A stretch of 47,971 nt of DNA from Patescibacteria group bacterium. GTDB lineage: Bacteria; Patescibacteriota; Patescibacteriia; Patescibacteriales; UBA12465. The number at the start of each line of letters is the position of its first letter. Positions within the stretch are counted from its first letter, which is position 1. The DNA lies in contig JBAZTY010000003.1 of the NCBI GenBank assembly GCA_041661685.1, positions 135,550-183,520 on the forward strand, read 5' to 3'. The notes under the pieces are model-generated. The model worked only from the letters and a program-made list of their open reading frames with translations, was not told the origin of the DNA and did not search any database. A program made the translations under genes and the position numbers. This document shows positions 29,079 through 38,883 of this stretch, piece after piece.

Positions 29079-29408
29079 ATGGAAGACAAACAGTTCCTGG
29101 AAATGGTGGTAAAAGCCATCGTCGCTAATCCGAACGATGTAGTCGTAGACCGGACTATCGATGAAAGAGGCGTCTTATTGACCCTCAAGACTAATCCATC
29201 TGACATGGGTTATGTCATCGGCCGCAAGGGCCAGACCGCGCAGTCAATCCGCACCTTATTAAAGATAATCGGTGCCAAGAATAACTCCCGCGTCAACCTG
29301 AAGATCTATGATCCTGAGGGTCCTGCTCGCCACGAGTCCCGCGAATCAAGTCGCGACACTAGCCGCGATGATATCGACACTTCCGCGATCGACGATTTAA
29401 AAATCTAA
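29079..29408 (+). CDS. khpA: KH-domain RNA-binding protein KhpA (start 29070 or 29079)
   Basis: DMGYVIGRKGQTAQSIRTL; lies between rpsP and trmD. Confidence 0.92.
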   Translation: MEDKQFLEMVVKAIVANPNDVVVDRTIDERGVLLTLKTNPSDMGYVIGRKGQTAQSIRTLLKIIGAKNNSRVNLKIYDPEGPARHESRESSRDTSRDDIDTSAIDDLKI

Positions 29409-29427
29409 ATCTCAAGAAGATTAAATA

Positions 29428-29458
29428 AGCAAGAAAGCCCTAAGCGGGCTTTTTTGCT
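29428..29458 (+). terminator. Intrinsic terminator after khpA
   Basis: AAAGCCC-TAAGC-GGGCTTTTTT. Confidence 0.75.
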
Positions 29459-29484
29459 ATAATTGACTGAGATGCCTAAACCAT

Positions 29485-30156
29485 ATGAAATTCCAATTGC
29501 TATCCATCTTCCCAAATATCTTCGACTCTTATCTTAACGAGAGCATCCTTAAGCGCGCCCGAGACAAGAAAGCTGCCGAATTCAAGGTTCATAACCTGCG
29601 CGACTGGACCAGTGATAAGCATAAGACCGTCGATGACGCGCCCTATGGCGGCGGCGCGGGCATGCTCATGAAGATAGAGCCGCTTTATAAGGCCCTCGAG
29701 GATATTAAAAAATCAAACAAGAAAGTTAATCCGAAGAAACGCAAGATATTATTAATGTCCGCCGGCGGCCAAAAATGGACGCAAGCTCTGGCCCAGAAAT
29801 ATTCAAAGCTAGATGAAGTGATCTTGGTATGCGGCCGCTACGAAGGCGTGGACGCGAGGTTAAAGAAGTTCATCGATGAAGAAATTTCCATCGGTGATTA
29901 TGTCCTGACCGGTGGCGAGCTCCCCGCTCTGACTATCATTGACTCGATCGTCCGTCTGCTGCCGGGCGTGCTCGGAAACTCGCAGAGCGTTATCGAAGAA
30001 TCTCATTCAGAAAGCGGCGTCTTAGAATACCCGCAATATACCCGTCCGGAAATATTTATGGCCAAAGGCAAAAAATACCCGGTGCCTAAGGTTCTCTTAT
30101 CCGGCGATCATAAAAAAATAGAAGAATGGCGAAAAAAATCGATGAAGAAGGCCTAG
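29485..30156 (+). CDS. trmD: tRNA (guanine37-N1)-methyltransferase
   Basis: VDDAPYGGGAGM, CGRYEGVD, SIGDYVLTGGE and YPQYTRP. Confidence 0.98.
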   Translation: MKFQLLSIFPNIFDSYLNESILKRARDKKAAEFKVHNLRDWTSDKHKTVDDAPYGGGAGMLMKIEPLYKALEDIKKSNKKVNPKKRKILLMSAGGQKWTQALAQKYSKLDEVILVCGRYEGVDARLKKFIDEEISIGDYVLTGGELPALTIIDSIVRLLPGVLGNSQSVIEESHSESGVLEYPQYTRPEIFMAKGKKYPVPKVLLSGDHKKIEEWRKKSMKKA

Positions 30157-30178
30157 GAGCGACAAATAAAAATCATTC

Positions 30179-30206
30179 AAAAAGTTCGGCCTAATGCCGA
30201 ACTTTT
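30179..30206. terminator. Bidirectional terminator between trmD and the LRR gene
   Basis: AAAAAGTTCGGC-CTAAT-GCCGAACTTTTT. Confidence 0.8.
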
Positions 30207-30230
30207 TATTTTTGCCATAATGGGCGACAG

Positions 30231-32969
30231 CTATCTAAAATTAATCGCCTTCCTCGTTATCGACCCAAAATAACCGACAGCCGGAGAAATCTTATTAGCC
30301 TTCTGAAATCTGATAAGAGCGGCCCTAGTGGCCGCGCCAAAATATGCAGTCTCATAACCAGGCGAACCGGCGCCTGACTTAGAAACAGTAAAACCATTAG
30401 CATTTAAATATTTCTGCAACTCCCTCACATCCGCTCCAGTAGCGCCCAACGATAGATTACGATTAAAAACATACTGGCTCGGGCTGGCAAGATCAACGTC
30501 AGCTGCCAAATTTTCCGCCGGCTTTACTTCTATTTTTTCAGGTTCGGTTGTTTCCGTCTCCACTATCCGCTCTTCGGCTTGTTTTTCGACACTCGAAAGA
30601 GACCGGATAGTCAGCTCCGATCTATTCATCCAGATATTGGCAAATTTTATCTCAATATCACTAACCTGGTCGCCGTTCAAATCCACCCGCGCCGTCTCTC
30701 CTAATTTCAGGCTAACCGTCTGAGAAAATGGCTGGATAGTTAGCTTGATGATGTTAAAGAATAAATCGAGATCAGAAATAATAAGATGACACTCTTCACT
30801 CCCGGCCGCGAGCTTGAAACTGGCATCAGAATTTATATAGGAAAGAAGGTTGGTGCCCGCGTCAGTGATAAAACCGATATCTCCGGTTTTCCCCATAGCA
30901 ATAGATTGCTCATTCACGCCGCCGCCCACGGAACCGGGAACGACCACGCCTCCATAGATTCTAGCGTCTGGCAATTTTATCACTACTAACGTAAATACTT
31001 TCGTATCAGAGATAAGGCCGCTGGAGATTGTCGCTGTCATTAAAATAACGGCATCCCCGATTTCGAAGGCCGGCCTAACAACGGTCTGCCCGTTGCTAGA
31101 AACGATGCTGGGGTCGCCAGAAGTCCAAATTATCGTTGATCCGTTCAGCCCTGATGACGGCAAGGGATTTGTAAGCGCAACCAAGATGTTCGCTAAATCC
31201 GAGTTAGCTCCCTTAATAGAATCAGCGGCTAGATTGCCTTTATCAGCGGCCACCAGGAGGGCGTCAGAGCTGGCCGCCGCTTCGGTCACATAGATATTCA
31301 GCGGACTAGTAAAACCGGTGCTGCCGCTTACATAATGAACTTGAAATGTTGAGGCGTATATTCCGAACACGAGACTGCCTAATGTCGGCGCATTGCCCAA
31401 GAAATAAGCAGCGGTCAGCGCCGAGCAATTATTAAACGCCGTATTGCCGATGCTAGTAACACTGCTCGGAATAGTCACGCTAGTTAATCCTATAGCGCTG
31501 CGAAAGGCATTGATGCCGATGCTAGTTACGGAAGAAGGAATTACATAGGCGCCAGATTTGCCGCTAGGATAGGCAACAAGCGAGGTTTTTGCTTCATTAA
31601 ATAACACCCCATCCTCGCTAGAATAGGAGACACTGCTGTCAGCGACGGTAATTTCCTGTAAGCTGTCGCAATTGGTGAACAAGCCATTCCCGATACTGAT
31701 TACAGTGCTGGGGATGGTCACGCTAACCAGACTCCTGGAATCAGAAAAAGTGTTATTACTGATAGTCGTGACTCCCTCCGGTATGGCAATGCTGGTCAAT
31801 TCTGAATCATTGAAAGCGTGAACGCCAAGACTGGTCACGGTAGCGGGTATGGTATAAGAAGACCCTAGCTTGCCACCTGGGTAGGAAATAAGCGACGTCT
31901 TAGTCTTATTGAACAGCACTCCATCTTCGCTAGCATAAGCGGTATTGGCGCCGTCGACATTAATTTCAGGTAGGGCTGTACAACCGAGAAAAGCGCTGGC
32001 ACCGATGCTAGTCACGCCACTGCCAATAGTGGCGCTGGTTAATCCGGTGCATTCGAAAAAGGCATTAATACCAATGCTGGTAACGCTATTAGGGATAGAA
32101 ACACTGGTTAAGGAATCCGCACCGTTAAAAGCACTGACGCCGACGCTGGTCACGGTAGAGGGGATAACATAGGCGCCAGATTTGCCGCCAGGGTAGGCGA
32201 CGAGCGCCGTCTTAGCCTTATTGAATAGCGCACCATTTTCGCTGGCATAGGTCGCATTGGCGCCATCGACGATGATTTCCGCCAACTCCGGGCAATTACT
32301 GAATAAAGCCGTACCGATACTCGTCACGCTGCTGGGAATAGTTACGCTAGTCAACCCGGAGCAGCCGTTAAAAGCGCTAGTGGAAATACTGGTCACGCTG
32401 CTGGGAATAGTATAGGCGCCGGGCTTGCCGCTTGGATAAGCGACTAGCGCCGTCTTAGCCTTATTGAACAGGACGCCGTTCTCGCTAGCATAGGTTAAAT
32501 TAGATCCGTTGACTATAATTTCAGCTAAGCCGGTACAACCGCTAAATACGTAGGTGCCGATGCTGGTTACGGAACTGGGAATAATTACGCTAGTTAAGCT
32601 CGTACAGCTTCGAAAAGCATTGTTTCCTAGGGAAATCAGACCGCTGCCGATAGTTACGCTAGCTAAATTAGTACATCCCTCAAAAGCGCTAATACCGATA
32701 CTGGTCACGCTATCAGGAATTATTACGCTGGTAATGTTAGTATAATTAGCGAAAGCAATCGTATCGATACTGGTTACCGGATAACCTCCTAATGAACTAG
32801 GGATAGTGACGGCCCCACCCGGCCCCATATATCCGGTAATCTTGGAGGAAACTCCGGGAATAACCGTATAGCTAAAATCTGAATCAGCGGCCCGGGCAGA
32901 TGGAACGGCGCTAAAAAAAATTAACGACCCTAGCATTATAGATCCAAACAAAAAAAATATTTTTTTCAT
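30231..32969 (-). CDS. Secreted BspA-type (LRR_5) surface protein with an Ig-like region and C-terminal peptidoglycan-binding domain
   Basis: Signal peptide; repeated LTSVTIPSSVTSIGxxAFxGC and YASEDGVLFNK units; C-terminal LSLGATGADVRELQKYL...FGAATRAALIRFQ. Confidence 0.9.
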   Translation of the reverse strand: MKKIFFLFGSIMLGSLIFFSAVPSARAADSDFSYTVIPGVSSKITGYMGPGGAVTIPSSLGGYPVTSIDTIAFANYTNITSVIIPDSVTSIGISAFEGCTNLASVTIGSGLISLGNNAFRSCTSLTSVIIPSSVTSIGTYVFSGCTGLAEIIVNGSNLTYASENGVLFNKAKTALVAYPSGKPGAYTIPSSVTSISTSAFNGCSGLTSVTIPSSVTSIGTALFSNCPELAEIIVDGANATYASENGALFNKAKTALVAYPGGKSGAYVIPSTVTSVGVSAFNGADSLTSVSIPNSVTSIGINAFFECTGLTSATIGSGVTSIGASAFLGCTALPEINVDGANTAYASEDGVLFNKTKTSLISYPGGKLGSSYTIPATVTSLGVHAFNDSELTSIAIPEGVTTISNNTFSDSRSLVSVTIPSTVISIGNGLFTNCDSLQEITVADSSVSYSSEDGVLFNEAKTSLVAYPSGKSGAYVIPSSVTSIGINAFRSAIGLTSVTIPSSVTSIGNTAFNNCSALTAAYFLGNAPTLGSLVFGIYASTFQVHYVSGSTGFTSPLNIYVTEAAASSDALLVAADKGNLAADSIKGANSDLANILVALTNPLPSSGLNGSTIIWTSGDPSIVSSNGQTVVRPAFEIGDAVILMTATISSGLISDTKVFTLVVIKLPDARIYGGVVVPGSVGGGVNEQSIAMGKTGDIGFITDAGTNLLSYINSDASFKLAAGSEECHLIISDLDLFFNIIKLTIQPFSQTVSLKLGETARVDLNGDQVSDIEIKFANIWMNRSELTIRSLSSVEKQAEERIVETETTEPEKIEVKPAENLAADVDLASPSQYVFNRNLSLGATGADVRELQKYLNANGFTVSKSGAGSPGYETAYFGAATRAALIRFQKANKISPAVGYFGSITRKAINFR

Positions 32970-33086
32970 ATCGTTGGTAAAATCTCTAAATAAGGATTAT
33001 TTTATATAATTATAGCATATTTTTGTCTAAACTAAAAAAGCTCGGAATTATTTCCGGGCTTTTTATATACAAAATTATTGCCTAGT

Positions 33087-34097
33087 CTAACGCTTGATAA
33101 CTTTCCAGCCCTTGTCAGTCCGGGCGATGCGCCCCTCAATGGAGAATCCGGCCGCCTTCTTGTGTCCTCCGCCGCCGAAATTCTGGGCCAAGGCTGCCAC
33201 GTCTATCTCATCATCCGTAGTCCGCAAACTCCCCTTGATTCTATCCCCTTCCTCACGCAGCAGCAAGGCGACTTTAACGCCGCTGAGCGTGCTCAGAAAG
33301 GAAACGATATCGCCGAATAAATCCAGGCTCAAAGCCGCTTCTGGTTTAATCAGTTCATCTAATTCAACCGCCGTCAACCCGGAAGATGCCAACCCCGTCT
33401 CTTCGTTGAAATGCATATTCTCTAGAGCTCTTCCCCAGATCTTCAAAGAAACAAAACTCTTGTTATTGACGGTATTACTGACGATTTTCGGCAGCGAGGC
33501 GCCGCGCAGAAGCATCTCTGAAGAAACAGCGATCGCTTCCTGGGAAGAATTGGCGTGCAGGAAATGGCCGGTATCGGTCATCAGGCCGATAAGAATGCAA
33601 CTGGACAGTTCTTTGGTTATTTCCAGCTCATTGGCTTTCAAAAAATGATAGATTATTTCCGTCGTCGAGGCTTTTTCCGGCAAACGTACTTCGAGATCGG
33701 CATAAGTCTCCACGGGCTGATGGTGATCAAATTCGATGATATAAGGACGCTTAGCGATCTGGCCACTCGCCTCGGCTGCGATCATGGTTCTCAAATGCGG
33801 TTCTAAGCCGGTACGAGAGATAGAGCCGCAATCTAGGACAAAAATTACGTCAAACCCCAAAAGGTCTTCGGGCTCGTCCGCGGAAATCATATCTTCATTA
33901 GGAATAAAGCGATACATGCCTTCCGGTTTCTTATCGGCGTAGGCCTGGATATCCAGCTCTAAAGACCGAGCGATTTCAATCATCGCGCCGACAGAAGACA
34001 AAGCGTCAGCATCCGGAGAGGTGTGGCTGACTATCAATATCCGCCTAGCGAGGCGGAGATGGCTATAAGCTGATTGTAGTTTTTCGGTCAGATTCAT
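33087..34097 (-). CDS. nrnA: DHH/DHHA1 nanoRNase/pAp phosphatase
   Basis: HTSPDADA, FDHH, TDTG and GGGGHKKAAG. Confidence 0.9.
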   Translation of the reverse strand: MNLTEKLQSAYSHLRLARRILIVSHTSPDADALSSVGAMIEIARSLELDIQAYADKKPEGMYRFIPNEDMISADEPEDLLGFDVIFVLDCGSISRTGLEPHLRTMIAAEASGQIAKRPYIIEFDHHQPVETYADLEVRLPEKASTTEIIYHFLKANELEITKELSSCILIGLMTDTGHFLHANSSQEAIAVSSEMLLRGASLPKIVSNTVNNKSFVSLKIWGRALENMHFNEETGLASSGLTAVELDELIKPEAALSLDLFGDIVSFLSTLSGVKVALLLREEGDRIKGSLRTTDDEIDVAALAQNFGGGGHKKAAGFSIEGRIARTDKGWKVIKR

Positions 34098-34190
34098 AAC
34101 CGTCTATACTAACTCAAAAACAAAAAAAAGTCCAGACTGGCTGGATTTTCTTTTAATGCTTAAAATAGCTATCTAACCGTTATTTTTCTT

Positions 34191-34571
34191 TTAGACATTG
34201 TCTTCGTCTTCCTCCTCGTTATCTTCCTCATCGTCTTCAATTCCATCGTCAACACTCGCAATTAATCTCTCGATTTTGCTAGCTTCTTTTTCCGTCGCAT
34301 CAAATTCCCAGATCAGATGCGGCACTTGCCTCAGCTTGACGCGCGACTTCAAAATCCGCACCAATTCTCCGGTCGCTGACGTTAGATGTCTTAGGGCAGT
34401 GCCGACCAAATTATCCGGCAAAACGGAAAAGCCAACATGAGCCTGCTTCAGGTCAGAGCTGCATTCTACATAGGTTATGGTAATCAAAGCATTCGGCAAG
34501 CCAACTTCGCGGCTGACGGCAGCGGCTAGCTCTTCTCTCAATATTTCATTCAGACGCGGGACTTTAGACAT
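34191..34571 (-). CDS. rbfA: Ribosome-binding factor A
   Basis: ITITYVECSSDLKQA and LRQVPHLIWEFD; follows infB. Confidence 0.9.
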   Translation of the reverse strand: MSKVPRLNEILREELAAAVSREVGLPNALITITYVECSSDLKQAHVGFSVLPDNLVGTALRHLTSATGELVRILKSRVKLRQVPHLIWEFDATEKEASKIERLIASVDDGIEDDEEDNEEEDEDNV

Positions 34572-34592
34572 AAAAGATAAGCTGAGAAATAA

Positions 34593-36566
34593 TTAGATCT
34601 TATCAACGACTCTTTCTTCTTGATAGACATAGAGGATGTCGCCTTCAACTATTAGCGGCTTGCCTTCATATTTAAGGCCGGCCTCCTGATCTTGCTCAAC
34701 CTGATCGACGTCCTGCTTGCCCGACTGCAATCTGGTTAATTTTCCAGAAACGATGAAATCGTCGCCGCGCTTAACCGCAATCAGGCTATTATTTTTCAAG
34801 ATGCCGTCGAGAACCTTGCCGCCGACGATCTGGCTGTTATTTTCAGTACGGAAAACGGCCAATACTTTCAGGCGGCCGAGATCGATGCGATTTATTTCCG
34901 GTTTAACCAATAATTGCATCTCGTCTTTGACGAATTTTATCAAGTCATAGATAATCGTGAAGATCTTGATAGTTACCTGTTTCTCGCGAATCAAGGTTTC
35001 TATCGCCGGAGACATTCGGACATTGAATCCTAAGATTTTGGCACCCGCGTCTTCGGCGCGCTTCACGTCACCTTCGGTTATATAACCCAAACCCTTGCTA
35101 ATAACCTTAACTTTGACCTTCTCATTATTCAATTTCATCAAGGATTCTTCAATCGCTTCAGCCGAACCTAAGAAATCAGTCTTAATAACGACGTTGACCT
35201 TAGGAATCTTATCTTCGCCGGCTTCGTCTCCAGCAGAAATGAAGCTATCAGCATTCTGAGATCCGGATCTTATCTTCTTAATCTTAACTTTTTCACCTTC
35301 GCCGACATTAAGAATATCGCCGACAGCCGGAGAAATTTTCAAGCCTAATATCTTAACCGGAGTAGACGGCCCGGCCTCTTTAACATCCTCGCCCTTATAA
35401 TTTTTTAAAGTTTTAACCTTGCCATAAATAACGTCATTGAAGCATAGCTGGTCGCCGACGCGCAAAGTCCCATTCTGGACCAGGATAGTCGCTAACGGCC
35501 CAGCCGCCTTGTCGACATTAGATTCGACGACGGTTCCGGCCGCAGCGGCGTTCGGGTTAGCTTTCAGAGCCGCACCTTCAGTTTCGGCTACTAATAAGAC
35601 CATATCCAATAATTCTTCAATGCCAGTTCCGTCTTTAGCAGAAATTGGTGAACAGATGATCTTTCCGCCCCAATCTTCCGGAGTGATATTTAATTGCGTG
35701 GCTAATTCCTGTTTAACTCGATTAACATCAGCTGTCGGCTTATCGATCTTATTGATCGCGACGAGATACGGGATTTTCGCGGCTTCAATAATGCGGAAAG
35801 CTTCAATAGTCTGCGGTTTAACACCATCATCAGCCGCTACCACTAAGATAGCGATATCGGCGACCTTGGCGCCGCGGCTACGCATGGCCGTAAAGGCTTC
35901 GTGGCCCGGAGTATCGATGAAAGTCAGGACGCGCTCTTTACGTGTAATCTGATAAGCGCCGATATGCTGGGTGATGCCGCCCGCTTCACCGGCGACAACG
36001 TTCGTGCTACGGATAGAATCCAATAATTTAGTCTTGCCGTGATCGACGTGACCCATGACGACAATGACCGGAGGGCGATCTTGAAGATCTTCCTGCGCTT
36101 CACCGGCCAGAATAGTCTCTAATTTCTTATCTTCCTTTTCATTGTCTTCAACCTTAGTCTCGGCCATATGGACATCCAGGTTTAGATTCTCGCCGATGAT
36201 CATAGCCGTATCAAAATCGATCTTTTCATTGATAGAGGTGAAAACGCCATTCTTCATAAGTTCCGCCAGGACCCGATTGACCGGGATGCCGGCGATTTCC
36301 GCATAAGTGCGGACGGTCACGACTTTAGGAACAAAGATCGTCTTTGTTTCCTTGGGCAAGACCTCGTCCTGTTTCTTCATAGCCGCCGCCATCTTCTTCT
36401 GCTCCCATTGGCGTCTCAAAAAAGGCCATTCCTTAATGATCTTCTTGGCCGTATTATTATCTACTTTAATAGCCTTCTGCCCGATAGCAAAACCGAGCTG
36501 AGGCAGTAAATCGCGCAGCTCCTGAGGGGGTATCCTTAAGATACGGGCTAATTCGGTGATATTCAT
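34593..36566 (-). CDS. infB: Translation initiation factor IF-2
   Basis: MGHVDHGKT, EAGGITQHIG, DTPGHEAF and NKID. Confidence 0.98.
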   Translation of the reverse strand: MNITELARILRIPPQELRDLLPQLGFAIGQKAIKVDNNTAKKIIKEWPFLRRQWEQKKMAAAMKKQDEVLPKETKTIFVPKVVTVRTYAEIAGIPVNRVLAELMKNGVFTSINEKIDFDTAMIIGENLNLDVHMAETKVEDNEKEDKKLETILAGEAQEDLQDRPPVIVVMGHVDHGKTKLLDSIRSTNVVAGEAGGITQHIGAYQITRKERVLTFIDTPGHEAFTAMRSRGAKVADIAILVVAADDGVKPQTIEAFRIIEAAKIPYLVAINKIDKPTADVNRVKQELATQLNITPEDWGGKIICSPISAKDGTGIEELLDMVLLVAETEGAALKANPNAAAAGTVVESNVDKAAGPLATILVQNGTLRVGDQLCFNDVIYGKVKTLKNYKGEDVKEAGPSTPVKILGLKISPAVGDILNVGEGEKVKIKKIRSGSQNADSFISAGDEAGEDKIPKVNVVIKTDFLGSAEAIEESLMKLNNEKVKVKVISKGLGYITEGDVKRAEDAGAKILGFNVRMSPAIETLIREKQVTIKIFTIIYDLIKFVKDEMQLLVKPEINRIDLGRLKVLAVFRTENNSQIVGGKVLDGILKNNSLIAVKRGDDFIVSGKLTRLQSGKQDVDQVEQDQEAGLKYEGKPLIVEGDILYVYQEERVVDKI

Positions 36567-36641
36567 GGATAATTTAGTTAAAATATTAATCTATTCTTTA
36601 AGATTACGTTATTTTTGGCCGTTAGTCAATTTGGTCACCTC

Positions 36642-36670
36642 TTCACAAATCTTTAATTTAATGCTAGAAT
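36642..36670 (+). promoter_or_regulatory. Promoter for the rny leader RNA
   Basis: TTCACA-17-TAGAAT with an extended -10 TG. Confidence 0.65.
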
Positions 36671-36702
36671 AATCTCATAATTAACATAATTATTAATTAG
36701 TT

Positions 36703-36927
36703 CTGTTTTTAGAAATTATTGAAAGATTCAACCACCGATTAGAAGAGAAAAAAAATTATTTTTGAGCGTCAAATTATCTATGTTTAACCTGATTTTTAAT
36801 CTACAATTAGCTAAAAATCAAGCGAGTTTAATCTCGCCTCTAAAATAAGCTGCCCGCTAAGGGCCAGTGGTTCTGGTTTTTCAAAACTCAATATTGCTTA
36901 ATTGCGCCACCTAATTTCTAAAGACAG
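36703..36927 (+). ncRNA. Candidate structured RNA upstream of rny
   Basis: Nested long-range helices 36703-36718/36912-36927, 36719-36735/36867-36884 and 36756-36766/36838-36848, plus three local hairpins. Confidence 0.6.
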
Positions 36928-36938
36928 CCGCCCTTTGT

Positions 36939-38462
36939 ATGGAATATTTGAACTATGTCTTGTATGTAGTCTTTATCGCGGGTGGTTTTTTTATTGGCTA
37001 TCTTTTCTACAAAAAATCAGCCAATTCCAAGATCAATAATGCCGCCGAGAAGGCCGACAAGCTCATTGGTGAAGCAAAAACCAAAGAAAAAGAGTTGCTC
37101 CTTAAAGCTCAGGATAAAGCCCTGAACATCATCGAGGAGTCCAAGAAAGAAGAAGTTAGCCGCCGCAACGAGATAAACAATCTGCAGAAAAGACTGGAAC
37201 AGAGAGAGACCTCTTTCTCCCAGAAGCTTTTAGATTTACAGGAAAAACAGCAAAAGCTGTTCGACAAAGTTAATGAGGTCCAAGAAATCAAAGAAAGGAT
37301 CAAGAATATCAAAGTTGAACAAGAGACTAAGTTAGAGAGCATCTCGGGCCTGAGCCAGGCCGAGGCCAAAGACATCCTGATTAAGAAAATCGAAGAAAAA
37401 AGCGCCGAAGACTTAATCGTCCGCATTAATAAATTAGAAAATACCGCCGAAGAAGCTTTAGGCGAAAAGGCCAAGAATATCATGGCGCTCGCGATGCAGC
37501 GCATGGTTTCTAATTATACTGTCGAGCTCACAACCACTTCCGTCGACCTGCCTAATGACGAGATGAAGGGACGCATCATCGGCCGCGAAGGCCGCAATAT
37601 CAAGGCGATTGAGAATATGACCGGCGTCGAGATCATTGTCGATGATACCCCTAACGCCATTACTGTTTCCGGCTTCTCCCTGATCCGCCGCCATATCGCT
37701 AAAAAGACTTTAGAATACTTAATAAAAGACGGTCGCATCCATCCGACTAAGATCGAGGACGCGGTTGAAAACGCCAAGAAAGATATCGCCATTGATATCA
37801 AGAAGGCTGGCGAAGAGGCGATGTATGAAGTCGGCGTGACCGGCTTTGATCCGAAGCTTGTCCAGATTCTGGGCCGCTTGAAATACCGCACTAGCTACGG
37901 CCAGAACGCTCTCAAGCATTCTATTGAAGTCGCTCACTTAGCGGCTATGCTCGCCGAAGAATTAGGCGCCGATGTGACACTAGCCAAGAAAGGCGGTCTG
38001 CTCCATGATATCGGCAAGGCCGTTGATCATGAAGTCCAAGGCAACCACACTGAAATCGGCCGCGACATCGCCAAGAAATTCAACTTACCGCCAGAAATAA
38101 TCGCTCCGATTGAGACTCATCATGATGATAAGCCATCAACTCTTATCGCTGTGATCGTTAAAGTCGCTGACGCTATCTCTTCCGCTCGTCCGGGCGCTCG
38201 TAATGATAACTATGAGAACTATCTGCAACGCTTAGAAGAGCTGGAAAAGATCGCTATGACCTTTGACGGCATTGAAAAAGTCTACGCTATCCAGGCTGGA
38301 CGTGAAGTTCGCGTCTTTGTGCAGCCAGATAAGATAGATGATCTCGCTGCTTATAATTTGGCTAGAGATATTGCAAAAAAGATAGAAAATGAGTTAAAAT
38401 ACCCAGGAGAGATAAAGGTGAACGTAATCCGCGAGATGCGGGTCACTGAATATGCTAGATAA
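36939..38462 (+). CDS. rny: Ribonuclease Y
   Basis: N-terminal TM, coiled coil, KH motif KGRIIGREGRNI, HD motif LLHDIGK and AIQAGRE. Confidence 0.98.
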   Translation: MEYLNYVLYVVFIAGGFFIGYLFYKKSANSKINNAAEKADKLIGEAKTKEKELLLKAQDKALNIIEESKKEEVSRRNEINNLQKRLEQRETSFSQKLLDLQEKQQKLFDKVNEVQEIKERIKNIKVEQETKLESISGLSQAEAKDILIKKIEEKSAEDLIVRINKLENTAEEALGEKAKNIMALAMQRMVSNYTVELTTTSVDLPNDEMKGRIIGREGRNIKAIENMTGVEIIVDDTPNAITVSGFSLIRRHIAKKTLEYLIKDGRIHPTKIEDAVENAKKDIAIDIKKAGEEAMYEVGVTGFDPKLVQILGRLKYRTSYGQNALKHSIEVAHLAAMLAEELGADVTLAKKGGLLHDIGKAVDHEVQGNHTEIGRDIAKKFNLPPEIIAPIETHHDDKPSTLIAVIVKVADAISSARPGARNDNYENYLQRLEELEKIAMTFDGIEKVYAIQAGREVRVFVQPDKIDDLAAYNLARDIAKKIENELKYPGEIKVNVIREMRVTEYAR

Positions 38463-38531
38463 GGCCAAAAACCCCTTTAAAAGTCATTTATTTTCGTAAC
38501 AAGGCTTAAATATTAAGCTAAAAACAAAAAT

Positions 38532-38819
38532 ATGAACAAGGCACAATTAATCGACAAAATTCATCATGATGTCGAAGGCCTCAACAAGAAGCAGGCGGAA
38601 AAGATGCTCGACGTCTTGACCGACACTATCGTGGACGAACTGAAAAACGACCGCGAAGTGACGATCGCCGGCTTCGGCACCTTCTTGTCTCGGGTTCGTT
38701 ATTCTCGCGGCGGCGTCAACCCACAGAAGCCGACCGAAAGAATAACCATCCCGGCGGTCAAGGTCGCCAAATTCAAGACTGGTTATCATCTCAAACAGGC
38801 CTTGAAAGGAAACAGATAA
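38532..38819 (+). CDS. hup: HU family DNA-binding protein
   Basis: MNKAQLI, IAGFGTF, GVNPQ and IPA..VAKFK. Confidence 0.95.
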   Translation: MNKAQLIDKIHHDVEGLNKKQAEKMLDVLTDTIVDELKNDREVTIAGFGTFLSRVRYSRGGVNPQKPTERITIPAVKVAKFKTGYHLKQALKGNR

Positions 38820-38883
38820 AAAACATACGCCCGAAGCTCCTATCCCGGGAAACTCGCTTCCTTATGACAAGGGCGTATTATTA

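Noticed and set aside
31440..32790. Periodic DNA repeats resembling an array
   Set aside because: They are in-frame coding LRR repeats, not CRISPR repeats with unique spacers; no cas genes seen.
33078..35952. Several plus-strand ORFs up to 184 aa
   Set aside because: Antisense shadows of nrnA, rbfA and infB.
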